Assembly (NCBI GenBank): GCA_030704615.1
Contig: CM060732.1
Location: forward strand, 26,164,001-26,228,000
Source: Takakia lepidozioides
Taxonomy: Eukaryota; Plantae; Bryophyta
Length of the DNA: 64,000 bases
Direction of reading: 5' to 3'
A program made the translations under genes and the position numbers. Positions within the stretch are counted from its first letter, which is position 1, and every line of letters begins with the position of its first letter. Shown in pieces: positions 1 through 14,700 of the stretch. The notes under the pieces are model-generated. The model searched no databases. It saw nothing but the letters and a program-made list of their open reading frames with translations, and had not been told where the DNA came from.

Positions 1-18
1 GGAGGCTGCTTGTTCCAT

Positions 19-1060
19 TCACAATGGTCTAGTGAAGTGCTTGAACAGATGATGCTTCCAAGTGCCCAGGTAGATGCGAAGCCATGGTGCAATTGACCTA
101 CGTTCCGAGGGACTTTTAGAATAGCAAAGCTCTTGCAGTTTGATCCATGTTTTTCTTGCTTCTATTAGAAGATCATAATAGCTTTTAATAGAGTTGAAAT
201 AGAAGAAGTAGTCCCAGAGAATGTTCTGTTGCCTCTCGCCTTCCAAATGTGCCACAATGTAGCACATCTAAGGGCGTCAAGGACTGGGCAGTCCCTTGCT
301 TTGTGCTTTGATGCTTGATCGTAGTTTAACAGGATATCAATGGGCCCCAAAGGTTGAGTATCCCAGGAACGGTAGAATCTTTTTACATACGGCCAGATTA
401 CAGAGGGGGCCTCGCAGTACAAAAGGCAGTGTTCATGTGTTTCTACGGTTCTTGCCGAGCAGCATTTACATTGCAGAGCGTCATCGAACCCCAACCATTC
501 TCCCACTTTCAGAACCCTATTTGCTACTCGAGGGCTACTTGCCATAGGAATGCTGAAAGCTTTGCAGGCCTCGTTTTTTACCATACTACTCTCCAGATAG
601 TATCCCAACACTCGTTTTGGAAATGGAAATGACTCCATTTTTCATTCCATTTTTGCAGTAACGGTGTGGACCGGGACAAAGCCGTGTATCCTTTTTTGGT
701 GGTGTAAGAAAAGAGGGCTCCGGGGCTCTGAGTAGTTTCCACGACCACTCTTTTGGATCGAAGTCTGATTCCGGCAAAGGTCTTCCCAAGATCCAAACAA
801 AACGTTGGGAGGAGAGCCAAGAGAACAGAGGCTGGTTGAGAGGAGGTAATGGATTGATATCCTTCGTGGGAGATGACCAGCAACATATTGAGACTGGCGT
901 GTGGGTGAACTGGGGATAGGTTTGTATCGGTCTTAGATAGATAGGGTCATTTTTTTTCATTTCATGTACAGCGGCCATGGGGCTACAAACTGGTGGGGTG
1001 GAGTGTGTAGGTGGCGAACCAGCTGTATTCCACGTGGATTGTACGTGGCTAGTACAGCTA
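19..1060 (-). mobile_element. Degenerate L1-like LINE ORF2 3' part (zf-RVT region), runs off the window start
   Basis: Frameshifted ORFs carry CKCC..ETHEHCLLYC and LWHIWKAR motifs typical of the zf-RVT region, and are visibly homologous to the + strand copy at 55.1-57.5 kb. Upstream boundary approximate. Confidence 0.8.
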
Positions 1061-1789
1061 TGCTATGCTACGCATCATATTGTCACAATATGGCGACCAT
1101 ATATAACCAAGAAGATATTGCCATGGCAACACATGTTCAAAGCAGGGCAGATAAACCTCGAAGGGCCTTTATATTGCAGCAAAGTGGCTACCATAAAATG
1201 GCCAATGTCATTAATCTGGCTCCATACAATCAAACCTGGATAAATGTTACCTCATTTTTTGTTATATCATCCTAAATGTTATGGTTTTCTTACTCTGTAA
1301 AAATATACATTAAGAATGACAAAAAGAGTGTTATTTGTTTGTTATTTGTTATTGAATACCTACTCTCCTCTTTGTTAAGACACCTCTATAATTGTTACAC
1401 TCAATAAAATAATAATAATAAAAATGGTACTAGTATTCAAATTCAAATTCACTATTGAAATGGGCATTTGAACTATTGAAATGGCCAGAAGAACCCTCGC
1501 CCACTTTGGATGGGACACATGGCAATAACGAATTTTTTTTAATAAAAAAGGGGTGGACTTGAGAGGACGGAGGCCCTTGTACTCAAATTAAATAAATATA
1601 TTGCGTCTTTGGGCCCAAAAGGCACTGAGTTGCAGATGCGAAAAAACTCAATCTGAACTTGCAGAGACAACAGTGATGCCTCTTGCAATCTGAACATGTA
1701 AGGGGGAACTAATACTAAGCAACCAAGTCCAAAACGACTGTCTAGGCAGCATGCCCCAATGAAAATTGCCCAAATACCAAATGTCAACG

Positions 1790-4640
1790 TCTATATTTCT
1801 CTACACTCGCAGAGATGATGGAAACAAAGGGGCTCTTGAATCTGCCCTCCAGCACGAAAGGAACTCTGTGAATCTAAGCAGAGACACCATAACGGCCATG
1901 GGTCACCGCAGACATGCGCCATCGTGATCTCTGCAAGTTTGACATACTCCGGGAATGCATGAGTTAGTACGCGAGATGCGAATAGTTCTCCAAATCTTTG
2001 TGAGAGGGTTGACGTCAAAGGGGCCGGGCCGGGCTTCCATGGCTGCTAAAGCATTGGATTTCATACTCAACTTGAACATACCTTGCTAAGAGTCCAAGTC
2101 CTAGCGATTGTCGAGGGTGGGCTGAATTGTTTTCTAATCAGCCCCCTCGCCAAAAACTCTAGCCTCACATACCAACTCTTGAGCACCTCAAGGTACTTCC
2201 TAAAACTATCTTCAGCCCCTGATTGCAACCAGTACTGTGGGTACACAATTCCCATGGAATCAAGCACTGAGTGCTGAGGAAATCTGATGTTCAGCTCCTC
2301 CACAAGTTGCATGGCTGCAACTGCACACCCACATGCGCTTAAGTTAGAGCAAAAAAATCAAAATATCAAACAAACAAGTCCAACCCCCCCCCCCCCCCCG
2401 CCCCCCCAAAGACATGCACCATGCATTTTAGAGCCTGGACAGTCACAGTAGCAACAATGGTAACCAAATTTCAACTAGGGTAATCAGATTTCAAGGGACA
2501 TGGCAGTTAAATATTACCTGAACACTCATTTTTGGCTCTGGCCACGAGGTTGTTCCATAAGTCCTTGTTCACATAGTTCCGCAGATTCTCCACCTCAGCC
2601 CCATCCACACCCTGTCCTACTTGTGCCTCCAATGTCACCAAGTTATCAGCACCAGCCACATGCACAATGGGCATGGATGCAGTAGACACATGGTTAGCCC
2701 ACACTTGCTCCCCATTCACAATATAAACCAAGTGTCGGCGAGTTGTTGTTCAGGTCAGCTACCCAATTGAGGTCGATTTGCTCATGGCTACAATCCAACA
2801 AGCTCTTAAAAGACCAGAACTCATCACTTGCAAAGGCAAGTTCCCCGGTCAATGTACAAGGAGTACAACTGCCCCTGGCAAATTTTAATCGCAGCAACCA
2901 TGTCACAAATGAAAACATTTCGGTCTTGTGCAAATTGCACCAAACAATCGATGCTCTCAAGGAGAAGGAGAATACAACACATACCCAACATGGCATATGG
3001 GTCACATAACCAAGCCAGCAAACCCTGCCACACACCACATCAACACACCACATCAGAAATGTCGAATGAACATAATCCACAATATGATAAAACATGCACA
3101 CAAGCCAAGAAATTCTAACCATACCTTTGCAGCTTTGTTGTCCGTCTTATCGATCTGCATTTTGGCCAGGAGGGGTCTATACTCGGCCAAAATCCGCTTC
3201 ATTGGTTCAATGATGGGCACCCACCGCGTTTTCGCATTCCGAAGCATTTTCAGACCCTTTGTTTCCATCATGTCTGTAAGTTTGAAGAGCTCCAAGTGTC
3301 TTTTGGGGCTGTGTGCAAAATAGGCATGGCTAATCTAAAGCAAAGTTTCAATGCCGCTAACAATGCTCAACTGGGATAGTGTCTTGAAGGCCAAATTGCA
3401 CATATGTGCCATGCAATGCACCCCCATACAGAAGGGAGCATGCTTGGATGTAATTTGCTTTGTGACACCATTTCTCACACCTTGGAAGGTGCTCACACCA
3501 TCACCCCCAAAACAAAGCAATTTCTGAGCTATAGAAGATTCATTGAGTCCTCCACCCTTTTGCAATGCATCCATTATAGCTAGAGTGAGGTTATCAGCCC
3601 CACTCCCGTCCACAATTTTTTGGAGAGAGATCATCATAGGGATTCTTACCCAGTTCTGCACAATGTATGCATGGTTTACGGTCATGAAACGCTCCCTTGG
3701 TGTAAAGTATGTAGAGCCTCTTTCAATTGTCCTTCCTCACATGATCAAGCATCCTCACATTCACGCTGCTGCTATTTCCAGATGACTATCTACCTATGCA
3801 GGTTTCTTGTAGCTATTGATCCACAGTGAATCATAGGTAATATTGTGCTTGAAACCCAGCCCTCTTGCATGAATTTCTACCCACCCTTATTCCTGCTCCT
3901 TCAACCACCCCTGCCTCCGGAACAATCATGTATGGATCCAAATCTCCAAGAGCCATTGTCCACAGAGGTTACCTCATCACAAGTCAAGGCAACAAATCTG
4001 GCAACTCTTACAGAAGTCAGCATAGCCTGTTGAACCTCATTATACATGAACTCTGCCATAATCCAGCCACTTGTAGCACTCCAATGCATTTTGGGGCTGT
4101 TCTGGACCTCCAAATACTCATACAAATCTTGCATTCTCTCATACTCTGTTATGGGTCGGCCCCCTGAAAGCAAATGAAGAAGAGTAGCAAATTGGACTCT
4201 CTTTCTAGCCCTCTCACCCGTGTTGTGGACAACAATCTATTCCATTACTGTGGCAGGAGCACGGGCATTATATAAAGCGACATTCTTCTTGTGCTTGCAA
4301 TCACTTGCTACATACCATTCCCTTTGTTTAATCTTATACTTGGGCATGTGCATCTGGGCCCTCCTCCCCTCGTGCTTGACGAGTGTGTCCCACTTGGGGG
4401 CCATGAGCATGGGCCTCTTGTTGATGGTGGAGCAGGCCTTGCACCTCACAAGATGTAAGCTCCCATCTGTGCCAAGTTCCGGCCCCTCAGCCCATGGCAG
4501 CTTTGCTGCCCATTCCAACTGGAATTTCCTTGTCAGATCATAGTTAGGCTTAACCCTTTTGGCAGGCACAATGTCCTCATGTACATCATCTGAATCCTCA
4601 CTATCATGTGTGTCAGAAGACACCACATTTAGTGCCATGA
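1790..4640 (-). mobile_element. Decayed hAT-family (ZNF862-like) transposase
   Basis: Consecutive minus-strand fragments: CKAC..KH Zn-finger, VALTCDEVTSVD (catalytic D), FGGDGVSTFQG, VHCMAH (CxxH), KTRW, FPEYVKLAEI (start of dimerisation domain). Interrupted by stops, frameshifts and probable introns. Termini not identified. Confidence 0.85.
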
Positions 4641-5524
4641 GAAGTTTTGGGATGACTCTGGCCCGGGTGAGGGGATAGAGTCACTGGACTCATTGGATAT
4701 GCATTCAACATCAGAGGGCGGTGGCATTCTATCACAAACTAGGCTAAGAGGCTGGGAATTGCCGCCCAATTCCGCGAGCTCAATAAGTACTTGTCAAGAA
4801 AAGAGAAGAAACTCACGCGTCTGGATGTGGCAGGGAGGCTTGATTTGGGACTCATCTTGGTTTTGGGACTACAAATCAGACTACAAATCAATCCAACCTT
4901 AATACTATAACATGCAAAGATGACAAGACAAGAGGAAAGAAAATATAAACAAGACTAGTTCTCCCTAAACTAAAGAAGATAGAAAGCAAGGCATGGTGGA
5001 GACTTGATAATGGAGACTCCACATACAACTACAGTGCAAAGAATGCAAGAACATATGAGGCAAGGGGGATGAAGGGTGTACCTCACTTTGTTACATGTCT
5101 CCCTCTTGCTTCAGCCTCCGCCGCCACTATCCTAATGCGATCCAGCAGCCGCCTCCGCGCATTGAAGCTCCCCCGCATCCTTGAAGTCCTTCCCAATAAA
5201 CAAGCGCACACTAAACGAACCTGGCGATACACATGAACTCAAGGCACAACATAGTAGGCACATGAACTCAAGGCACATGAACTCAGAGAGACAGCCGCCG
5301 CGCAGTGGTGACGACCACCTCCTCCAGCCCTAAAATGTTTGGCGAATGGACGACCTAGGGCGCAACACGTGGCGAGATCCCCCACGGCAACAGGCTGCCA
5401 TGCCAACAGGCGCCGGCCGTTGGCCGATGGCGGGTGCCACGGGATCCGGTTCCCAGGCGCCAAGGGTGGTTCCCTTGGTGCTTTATGGTGACACTTTGCC
5501 AAGCCCGAATGCGCGCTTTATGGA

Positions 5525-5545
5525 TTATTATTATTATTATTATTA
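5525..5545. repeat. (TTA)n microsatellite
   Basis: Direct reading, about 7 TTA units. Confidence 0.9.
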
Positions 5546-7080
5546 AATAAAAATTTTTTACCCATTTTTTCCCGTTTTTTCTTACAAAGGCGCGTTGCAG
5601 CCCACAAAGTTCGAGTGCTTTCTGGCTTTATTTCGCTTAAAAAATATGGCTGATAAGCACTAATCGCAACATTAAAAAAAAAAAGTAACCAAGGCTATAC
5701 AAAGTTGTTACATTATAGGTCCATTTCTACCAAGAGATATAAGGATTAATACTGGTCTTATTTATCCATCCCTCTAGCCGTGGGTCAAAAGTATTATCCA
5801 ACATCTATTCTACTTAACCTAATACCTATTCACACCAATGTCACGTGGTAAATGTACATGTTATTAGCCTGCGATGTGTTAGTCCCCACTCCATACCTAT
5901 TCGGACCAAGGGTTAGTTGCATCCCAAAACCCTAACTCCCTACGTTCCACTTCTCCCGCCTCTCTCCTCTCCTGCATTGCGGTTGTTTCCGCTAGGAGAA
6001 GCTCTTAAAATGTGGGATTTGGTAGCACGTCATGATGTGAGATATGTCTATGAAGTTTTGGATAGTGACATTGAGCTCAAGGCCGTAGGATTCATGAAAC
6101 TGAGAGTTGGCTTCATCGTTGCAATGTACGAGTTTTATCTGTATACAAATGCGTGTTTTGGAGGTAGAGGAGAAGACTTCAAAGAACAAAAAGAGCCAAC
6201 CAAAGACTACTTTTGAAAATGTGTGTCTGTGTCAATGTGTGTTTGTAATACTTTCTGTCTTCTTATACCAGAGGTTTTTTTTGTATTTATCATTCCATTA
6301 GTCTTGGTAACTTCTAGGGTACATAATCCTAGATGGACACCAGTTTCTCGGAAGAAGCTCGGTGATTACAAATGCCCAAGTTGTGAAAAGTAAGTAGTCT
6401 ATTTTGTTGGATTTCTCAATAGCGCCTCTTGTCAGGATACCCATACCAAACTTGGCATCTCCTATCTTGGTGTTAGGAGATGGGAACTACTTATTAGTAC
6501 AGGCTAGACACAAGTCTGGTCGCTCTTTCAGGCAGTTTTTAAAACTGATCATGTCTTTACTCCTTCATATGTGAAAGAGGATTTGAGATAGAAGATGGTC
6601 GAGAGTAGGAAAAATGTGGTGAAAAATAGTCTTTTGCTGAAAAAATACTGACAAAGTTGAGGCTGGAAACTTTGAGCATGTCACGGGGATCATGGGGATA
6701 ACTTGATGTAGGATTTTTTTTGGTGTGTCTACAATCTATTTGAAGTGCAAGAGATAGAAAGTAACAAAGGCTGCATAGTATTTTGGGAGGTGAGTACAAT
6801 ATGGGGACAATCTCGGCCGTGATATAAGTGGTATATAGCAAAATGGGGAGTCGACACAATACATCATTGATCATGCTAGATAGTATGGGTCAGACATAGA
6901 AGAGGATTGATGAGAAGTGGGTTTGTTGAAGTTAAGCATATAGAGTGTATGATCCATAGCCTGAATTGGAAGCTCAAAGGCTGCAAAACCGTATCACTAT
7001 GCTACTTTAAGGACATCAGAAATTAATTAGCTTTGGTTCATCATGTGTTCGCTTGGTTGAGGCACATTTTCTATACTAGC

Positions 7081-7103
7081 TTGTTGTTGTTGTTGTTGTT
7101 GTT
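7081..7103. repeat. (TTG)n microsatellite
   Basis: Direct reading. Confidence 0.9.
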
Positions 7104-8788
7104 GGTGTTTCCCATGACCTTGTAAATTCACCATGATGAATGCGTCCATAGAACGAAAAAGGATGAAGTTACACCCTCGAAATGTAGGGGGTCTTATTAA
7201 CCCATGTAAACCCAACGTAAATCTGATGTTTTGTGCGATTACAAGATAGCGGGAACAACACTGCCCCAGTCTCCAACCCCGCTGCCACGTCCTTTGCCAT
7301 CTCAAATTTTGAGATAAATCTAATTTCTGGTCCGAACAACACCTTAGCAAGGTCAATAAATTTCATTGTAATCCCTCGTATATGTGCGAATGGACCTTAT
7401 AAGCATGGATTTTACACGACAGATGTGGGATTGTTGAATGTTAGGATTTGGTATAATTTTTTTGGATGAAGCTATATCACTAAGGGTTTTTCAATCCGAA
7501 ACCTATTGTTGCGCAAGTTTATGGCTGTTTAGGGTTGCCAAGGAAATTTTAGCGGAAATCCAAGGGGTATGGAGTGGTCAGATCTTCTCGGCCTGGGATT
7601 CTCTTCTTAATGAAAAACTACATTGAACGCGTTGCTGAAGCAATCGTAAATTATCCAAAAGCGGTACTACCATCCGGTGAAGGTGGACACCTTTTTTTAT
7701 GACATCCAACATGTGGTTTGAACCCACAACCGCTAGTGAAGCGGTTTATGCCCTAATGAGATGGTAAATGTTGGATTCCTCTAAATCACAATCAAACACT
7801 TTCGAAAAAACCGGTCAGATTAGGCTTAGGTGCTAGCAATGCCAAAATTCCCATATAATCACCCAACAATGGAAATTGGATTTGTCACCAACTTGATCAG
7901 ACATCATTTACCTTGATTTATCCATGATTAAAAGTTAACCAGCGACCACAATGTGGCATGGAGGGGTTAAAAAGATAAGAACACAGTCTTTTGATAAACA
8001 GGGAATTACCTATCCTTTGTCTGATCTTCTTGGGGCAGCACTACTATACTATAGGTGATGCTAGATTTGCTTTTGTCTTCACACTGTGTGTTGAGCAGTA
8101 CAGTAGGCTCTGTAAATAAGTTCACTGGACGTTAAATGTTTTTACTTTACTTCCCTTTTATTCTGGGGTTTTTACTGTTTACTAATAAGTTCTCCAGTCT
8201 GGTAGAACATTAGTCACCTCTCTGTTCAGTCATTGCCAATTGGGGTCTTGACAGATTCTGTGGTATTGTCTTGTTTGTAGGGACCATGTGTGCCTTCCCT
8301 GACCTCTTAAAGTCAGGAGGGCCACGGACTGGGTGGTCTGAAGTTCAAATTCTTACACTGCTGTGCTGAGCCCAATGTGTAGTTGAAGAAGAACCCACAG
8401 AGATAAGTTAGTCAAAGGAAGAGTGAGAATTGAAAGAGGGTAAGAAGGGCATCAGGCAACCGCCCCCCTCTCGGGACAGTCTTGTGTGGGTGCAGAATTT
8501 GAGGCTGGGTTTTGTCAAATTTGGATATTGCAAAGTCGGGGAAGTGGGCAGGCCATGGATGCTTAGGCCAGAGCTCAGCTGGGTTTGCTGTGCAGGGCGG
8601 GACACAGGTAGAGTAGAAGCGGAGGGAGGAGACATTCCCTCTAGCATAGCCTAGTGGGTTTCGTGTAAGTTGTGCCGAGCTTGATGTATTTGAGCAAGTA
8701 TCCATCGCACAGAGCGTTTGGGTGGCAGAGGATTCTAAAACCCTAGGTTCAACAAAAGGGAGTTTTGGAGGGAGTGGGAGAGAGCAGC

Positions 8789-11700
8789 ATGACGACTCTG
8801 TCCATACACGCGTGCTCGCCCTCTCCCTCTCTGGTCCCCAAAGTAGGAACAGAGAGAAGTGGTGGCCCGTCCAGACCTTATCTCCTTCTCTCTCTGTCAC
8901 CTGCAGGCCCCCGTCTTTTAGCGGTTCCCAAAGCATTCTTGCGAGGCCCCTCCCTCCTCAGGCACTCCAGAAACGTGTTGCATAGTGGGAAATCAAAGGC
9001 ATTGAGGCTTTCGACAAGGGCGCATTTGGGCCAACTTCCGGATCCTGAACATGTGGATACGGCTGTGAGGGCTCTTTCTCAAGCTCCAGAGGCCCTACAG
9101 GGCATGCTCACCAGGGCTCATGGCTTGCTGTACACGGTTGCAGATGCGGCAGTCGCCACGGATGCTGCCACAGATGCAGCCCAGAAGCAGGGGGGAGATT
9201 GGCTGTCAGGCCTCACAAATACTCTAGAAATGGCTTTGACGGTGGGTGTCATTCCTATCTTCCGTTCAGTTATTTAAGGCTCAGAATTTCGCTGTTGTGA
9301 TGTGGCTCTGTTTACATCCACTATAGGAGTGCGCCAAGTGAGTGTAACACTGATGGTAGCATAAAATGGGTTGGCAATGGTGAAAGTAGTTCATTTGGGC
9401 TGAGAATGCGCTATGGGTGCAGCTCATATGTGTTGTGACCTGATATTTTAGGAAGTACTTCAGAGCAATGGACTCTACGGGATTGAGTCACTTACAGGGA
9501 AAAAAATTGCTTGTTTTCCACAGTTTTTGAAGGATGGGCTCACCAAGTTGCATGTACCATATGCTTATGGTTTTGCCATCATCCTGCTTACTTTAATTGT
9601 GAAGGCAGCCACTTTTCCTCTAACCAAGTCACAGGTAAAATTTTCAATATCTGAAAGCGCGACAATTTTGGCTCTTCTCCTCCTAGATTGCATTCTGCAG
9701 TAGTTTGAAATGGCAAATCCTCCAGCAAGTTTCGGGTGCTCTTTAATATAGACAGGTTTTGGGCCTTTGATTGCTAGAGGTTCACCTTATGTGTAGAGAA
9801 AAAACTTCATCTTCCTGGTTCTCTGCACTTTCAATTTAGTCAACAAAGAGTCACAAAACACTGAATTGACAGTAGTCAATTGGTATCGCTGTTGGACTTC
9901 TGGATCATATTAGGCGGTTGTAAGTTCCTAATGTAGCTTTTGCTTGAGTGTCTTCTTGTATGCTGCAAGCTCACAGGGCCTCTGCAACGTGCTGTTGGAC
10001 ATAGCTAACGATCATCGAGAGATGGAGGTGTTGCTTGGCAGGTAGAGTCAACACTAGCAATGCAGAATTTGCAACCAAAGATCAAGGCAATCCAGCAGCG
10101 CTATCAGGGTGACCAGGTTTGAGCTTACTGCCCATATTTGTGTCTTTTGACATAAATGGCTGTGTAGATAATCATTGGGACGGTTATTTCACTGCAACCA
10201 GCAAATGTTGGGGTTTGCAAGTAATGGCATTGTTGGGGGTTACCTACCTAAGGTGTAAGCTGAGTGTGGACCTTCCATCTAGGCTGTATTTTCCTCTCTT
10301 TCAGCATGTGTGTTGTTCGTGCGGAAAGATGGGGTATGAAATAATGAACGAGCTAACTATCTACTTCTTTTTGTAGCACACTAGAACATCTGTGCAAGGA
10401 AAGGGTGACTAAATCAATTGGTCACACTTTGTGTGGACAGGAGCGGATACAATTGGAGACTGCAAGATTGTATAAACAGGCTGGGGTCAACCCTCTTGCA
10501 GGTTGGTCTACATTTTTATCTTCTCTGTACTATCTTGTCTTGTTTCGTGCTGTATGTTGTCAATTTTTATGAAGGAATAAACTGTTTGTTTCAAGGATGC
10601 AAAAGTTGGATGCAGATCGAGTTAGGATGGAACCTGCTCTGCCCGAGGGTCTCACATGGATGTCCTCCATTTCATGAACTGTCTGAGGATCAGATGAAGT
10701 AGCCTCAGTATTGATGGCAGGCTGATGTACACTGCAGGTTGCCTACCCACGCTTGCAACATTACCGGTCTGGATTGGTCTTTACCGAGCTTTATCTAATG
10801 TAGCCAATGAGGTAAGTTGTTTCAAGGAATCTATCCAGGCTGAGAGGCCAGTTGGAAGTGGGAATCCTGTTAGATCTTGACCTCCTTTTTTCAAATCTGT
10901 CATCTCTGGCGACCTCATCTACCAAGTGGTAAGTTAGTAGGAGTGCGTTGGAGCATCCCTGGTAAGCACGTAGCATGCAGCCATATAACAACAGTCTCCC
11001 TAGAATCGTAGCTCTGTACCCTCCCTCCCAGCCAGTTGTGTCATATATATTAGTTCTAAGCCAATCCACGTTGTCCTGAATAAATCTATGCCATGAAATG
11101 TGTATACATAGTAGAGCAAGTTGTCAGCAGTCAAAGCCACTGCAGCTTGGTAAGTAGGAGATGCCTGGTGGGGACTCTGTTGGGAAGGTAGACAGCTTCT
11201 ATCTAGGGAATGTGGCTGGACCATGGCCTGCTAATCAGTGAAGTACAAAGTAGGGGCAAGCTGTGTTAGCAAACCCCTCGTGTCTGGTGTCCAGGACGAA
11301 AGGGTTGTGGTAGTGCACTCCTTCAGTTGTGCTGCCAGGAAGCCCAGGAAGTGAGCTAAATATTTTGTTACACTGCGCATTAAAACTCAACACATTTTGA
11401 GTTCGTAGTCTAAGTGACAGTGATTGTGTCTTGTGGCATAACAAGTTCTATGGTGTGGATGTGCAGGGCCTTTTGACAGAAGGTTTCTTTTGGATTCCAT
11501 CCTTGTCTGGCCCCACTAGTATTGCTGCCCGGCAAACTGGCAGTGGTGTTTCATGGCTATTCCCCTTTGTAGTATGTAGCTTTCAACTGCAACCTCTGCA
11601 ATATCTCCTATTTTCATAGACCAGGCTTGAGTTTTGGGATGCAGGTACCCTCACTAGTTTATGATCTTACAACCATGCATAGCTGTAGATGGCCCTATGG

Positions 11701-14700
11701 TTTCATAAGTTCTCCGGAAATATAGCTATGGGATCAACCACATGGTTGTGTGGCCAGGACCTGTTTGTAGTATGTATGTTTTTCTTTATTGGACACAGGA
11801 CTCAATCTTCACTTGAGCTTAGCAACTGAGGTACTCACAAGTTGTTGCCACCTCCAGTAGTTTGAAGTAGACTCTAGCTTACCAAGTGGCTCTTCATCTG
11901 TGCAGGATGGGCAGCCTCCATTGGGTTGGGCTGACACAGCGGCATACTTGTTCCTGCCAGTCCTGCTCATTGCTTCACAGTACATCTCTATGCAGATGAT
12001 GCAACCACCTCAGGTGAGTTCGATGGCAGATGACATATATGCTGTCACCTTCTGTACTACATCTTTTTGTGTTTTCTTTTGCCTGACCCACTGCCCATCT
12101 GGTCATGAAGACATCTCCATCTGAAATTATTGACATCTAGCTGTGCTATTTAGTTGGGCATGTGTGATTTCCTTGCCTAGGTGATACACTGTGACGTTTT
12201 CTCTGACCAAGTGCCTTCTCATATTAGCACTCTAAACATCTCCCAGCAAATACTCAGCACACCTTAAACCCAGCCAGCAGGGTTTCGTAAAAGATGGGAA
12301 TGGGGTGCTAATTGTCTTGTGCGACCTTAAGCTATTAACCCACCCTTAGCTGACAGCCTGCACATGTTCAGCTCAAATATTGGCTGTTTGGAGCTAGTCA
12401 ATGTTTCTCCGGAAGTGAAGCAATACCCACCAGAAGAACCAGTCATGGTCTGCTGGGGTATCATCACGTGATTTGGCACTAAGGTTTCAGGGATGAAGGC
12501 AGAATCGCCCCATGACAGGAATGGCAGACTAACAGAGGAATTGGTTTTGCTTATGTCAGTCTAACACATTGTGTGTATGACAGACCAATGATCCCAACCA
12601 GAACAATACGCAACTTATCCTCAAGTTTCTGCCCCTCATGATTGGTTACTTCGCGCTCTCTGTGCCATCCGGCCTCAGTCTCTACTGGTAAGAACCTTGC
12701 AGCTAGCGGTACTCAGAGTGTATTCTTAGTAAGCAGGATGGAGATGTCCAACGGTAAGTCCCCATACAGTCTCTTTGCTATCTGTAAATATTCTGCAGCA
12801 TGAAGAGTTGAGCTGTCAAAAAGCCAAGAATGGTCTTCTCTAGATTTGTTCAGACTCTCTGCGATTTTCACCTTATCTGCTACTCATCTTTAAACTAGTC
12901 CTGATGGTACTCAAGTTGCCTCCGTTATAAAGGTTGGCACTGTCGTATCTGCGTCTGTGGGCTTTCAGTTAAACAGATTTGTAGATGAGAGATGAGATTT
13001 TTGAGAGTCGCCTATAGTTTGCAAGGCATATAAGTCAGCATTCTGAAGCAAGGATTTTGGTTGGGTTCTAGAATTGACCCACAGATTCCGATGCAAACTA
13101 CCCTCATTGGTTGGTGGGCATTGACTGTGTCCATATGTTGTAGTAGTCTGGGATCATGCATGTGGACATGCGCAGGGGGCAGCTGTTGTTTGCCACATCA
13201 TGAATGATGAATGATGACCATTTTCACCTTTATAAGTGCTTTTTCTTTCAGAGCTTTAGTTGGACCACACTGCCTCAAAAGACTCTGATATCAATCTTAT
13301 GTGAAAATGAAGTTAGGCATAAAACTTCCGTGTACCTGTTTCCAGTCTGTGACATGGCGATCCTACCTACCCTTGGCACTAGACTGAAATTTAAACTTAG
13401 GGCGGGGGGCCTGCCTTTGAACAAAATACAGATGCAGAGAGGAATAGGAGATTGTCATTGCCCGATGTGTGGGCAGCCTGAAGACAACATCCATTTTCTG
13501 GTACACTGACAGGGATATTCTCGACAGAGAGACCCTCTTCAGGAACATCAAGAACATTGTTCCCGCACCTCTGTGCGCCAACTTTGAAAATCTTAAGCCC
13601 TAGCTAGGCCTTGTTGGGGTCTAATTGCTGGGCAGTTCACACACAGCAGGTTGATGCTTGTGAAGCGCTTTCTCGAGGATATCTAGAAAATCCGAACTAA
13701 TTGACTTTTATCAAAGTAAGTCCCACTGCTGGAGTGAGCCCCTCACAAAGGTAGTGTCTGTTCCCTTTTGTTCCGCCCAAACTGGGTGCGGGCTCTATGG
13801 CCACAAGGCTACGGCAAACATCGTCTTATGAGTACAATCTTACAAGACTTGCATCACTCTTTCTTGAAACCAATATACATGTATATGTGGGTATTGTAGG
13901 TTGACCAACAATGTCTTGAGCACAGCACAGCAAGTGTGGTTACGGCAGATGGGTGGAGCTAAGCCTGTCGTGGGAAAAGATGGAGGGGATATCATCAGCG
14001 CTGGCCAGGCAAAGCGATCTTCAGCGATTTCTGCCACAGCAACCACTTCCGAGGCTGTGAAGGATAGCCGTGGTGAAAGGTCTGTTCGGTTTGGTCTTTC
14101 TGTTCACAGTTGTCTGGTCTGGACATCAAACTTGCAATCATCCATCCATCTGTGCATGTGTGCTGAGGCCTGAACACTTGCCTCAGCATCCCAGACTCTG
14201 TGCATGGTTCAGTCATGTCGTATGGTCTGCCCACAAACATCGCAGCATGGAGACTTTAACATCATAGGCTGCTGATCTTCCTGTTTCACTGCTTTTAGGT
14301 CTTGTGCATAGAAAGGTTTTGGAAGCTCCTGTAATCTGCTATGGGAGCATGTTCTGGCAGGCCTCCTCAGTGACAGGCACATTGTACACATATTGTACAA
14401 AGTGTGGTTCTGAAGGAAGCCTGGGTTTTGTTGTGTTTTGGTTGTCTTGCAGATTTAGGCAGCTCAAGAGTGAAGAAGCAAAGAAGAAAGATGCCCGACG
14501 GCGTGCAGCAGAAGAGGCATCGAAGGCTGCCGCGGCTTCTGCAGCTGAGGAACGTGAGCGGTTATTGCGGGCTCAACGGTCACAAGAAGCCCAAAAGCCT
14601 ATTGCTGTTTCTGAAGAAGACGGTGAAGAAGACGACAAGGAGGATGATGAAGAGGAAGAGGGAGAGACATTCAACGTTTCTGTTGCTAAGGTACTTTCAT

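Noticed and set aside
960-5520. TIRs/TSD for the hAT transposase element
   Set aside because: TGGCGA-type subterminal motifs are present but I found no matching terminal pair with a TSD
5900-7650. Short ORFs, including a polyQ from (TTG)n
   Set aside because: No motifs and no consistent splice structure
7990-8700. Minus-strand transit-peptide-like ORF divergent from ALB3
   Set aside because: Multiple stops and no recognisable domain; at most a relic
13780-13840. Hammerhead ribozyme in the repeated LINE 3' end
   Set aside because: No CUGANGA...GAAA core with the required stems; only a small hairpin
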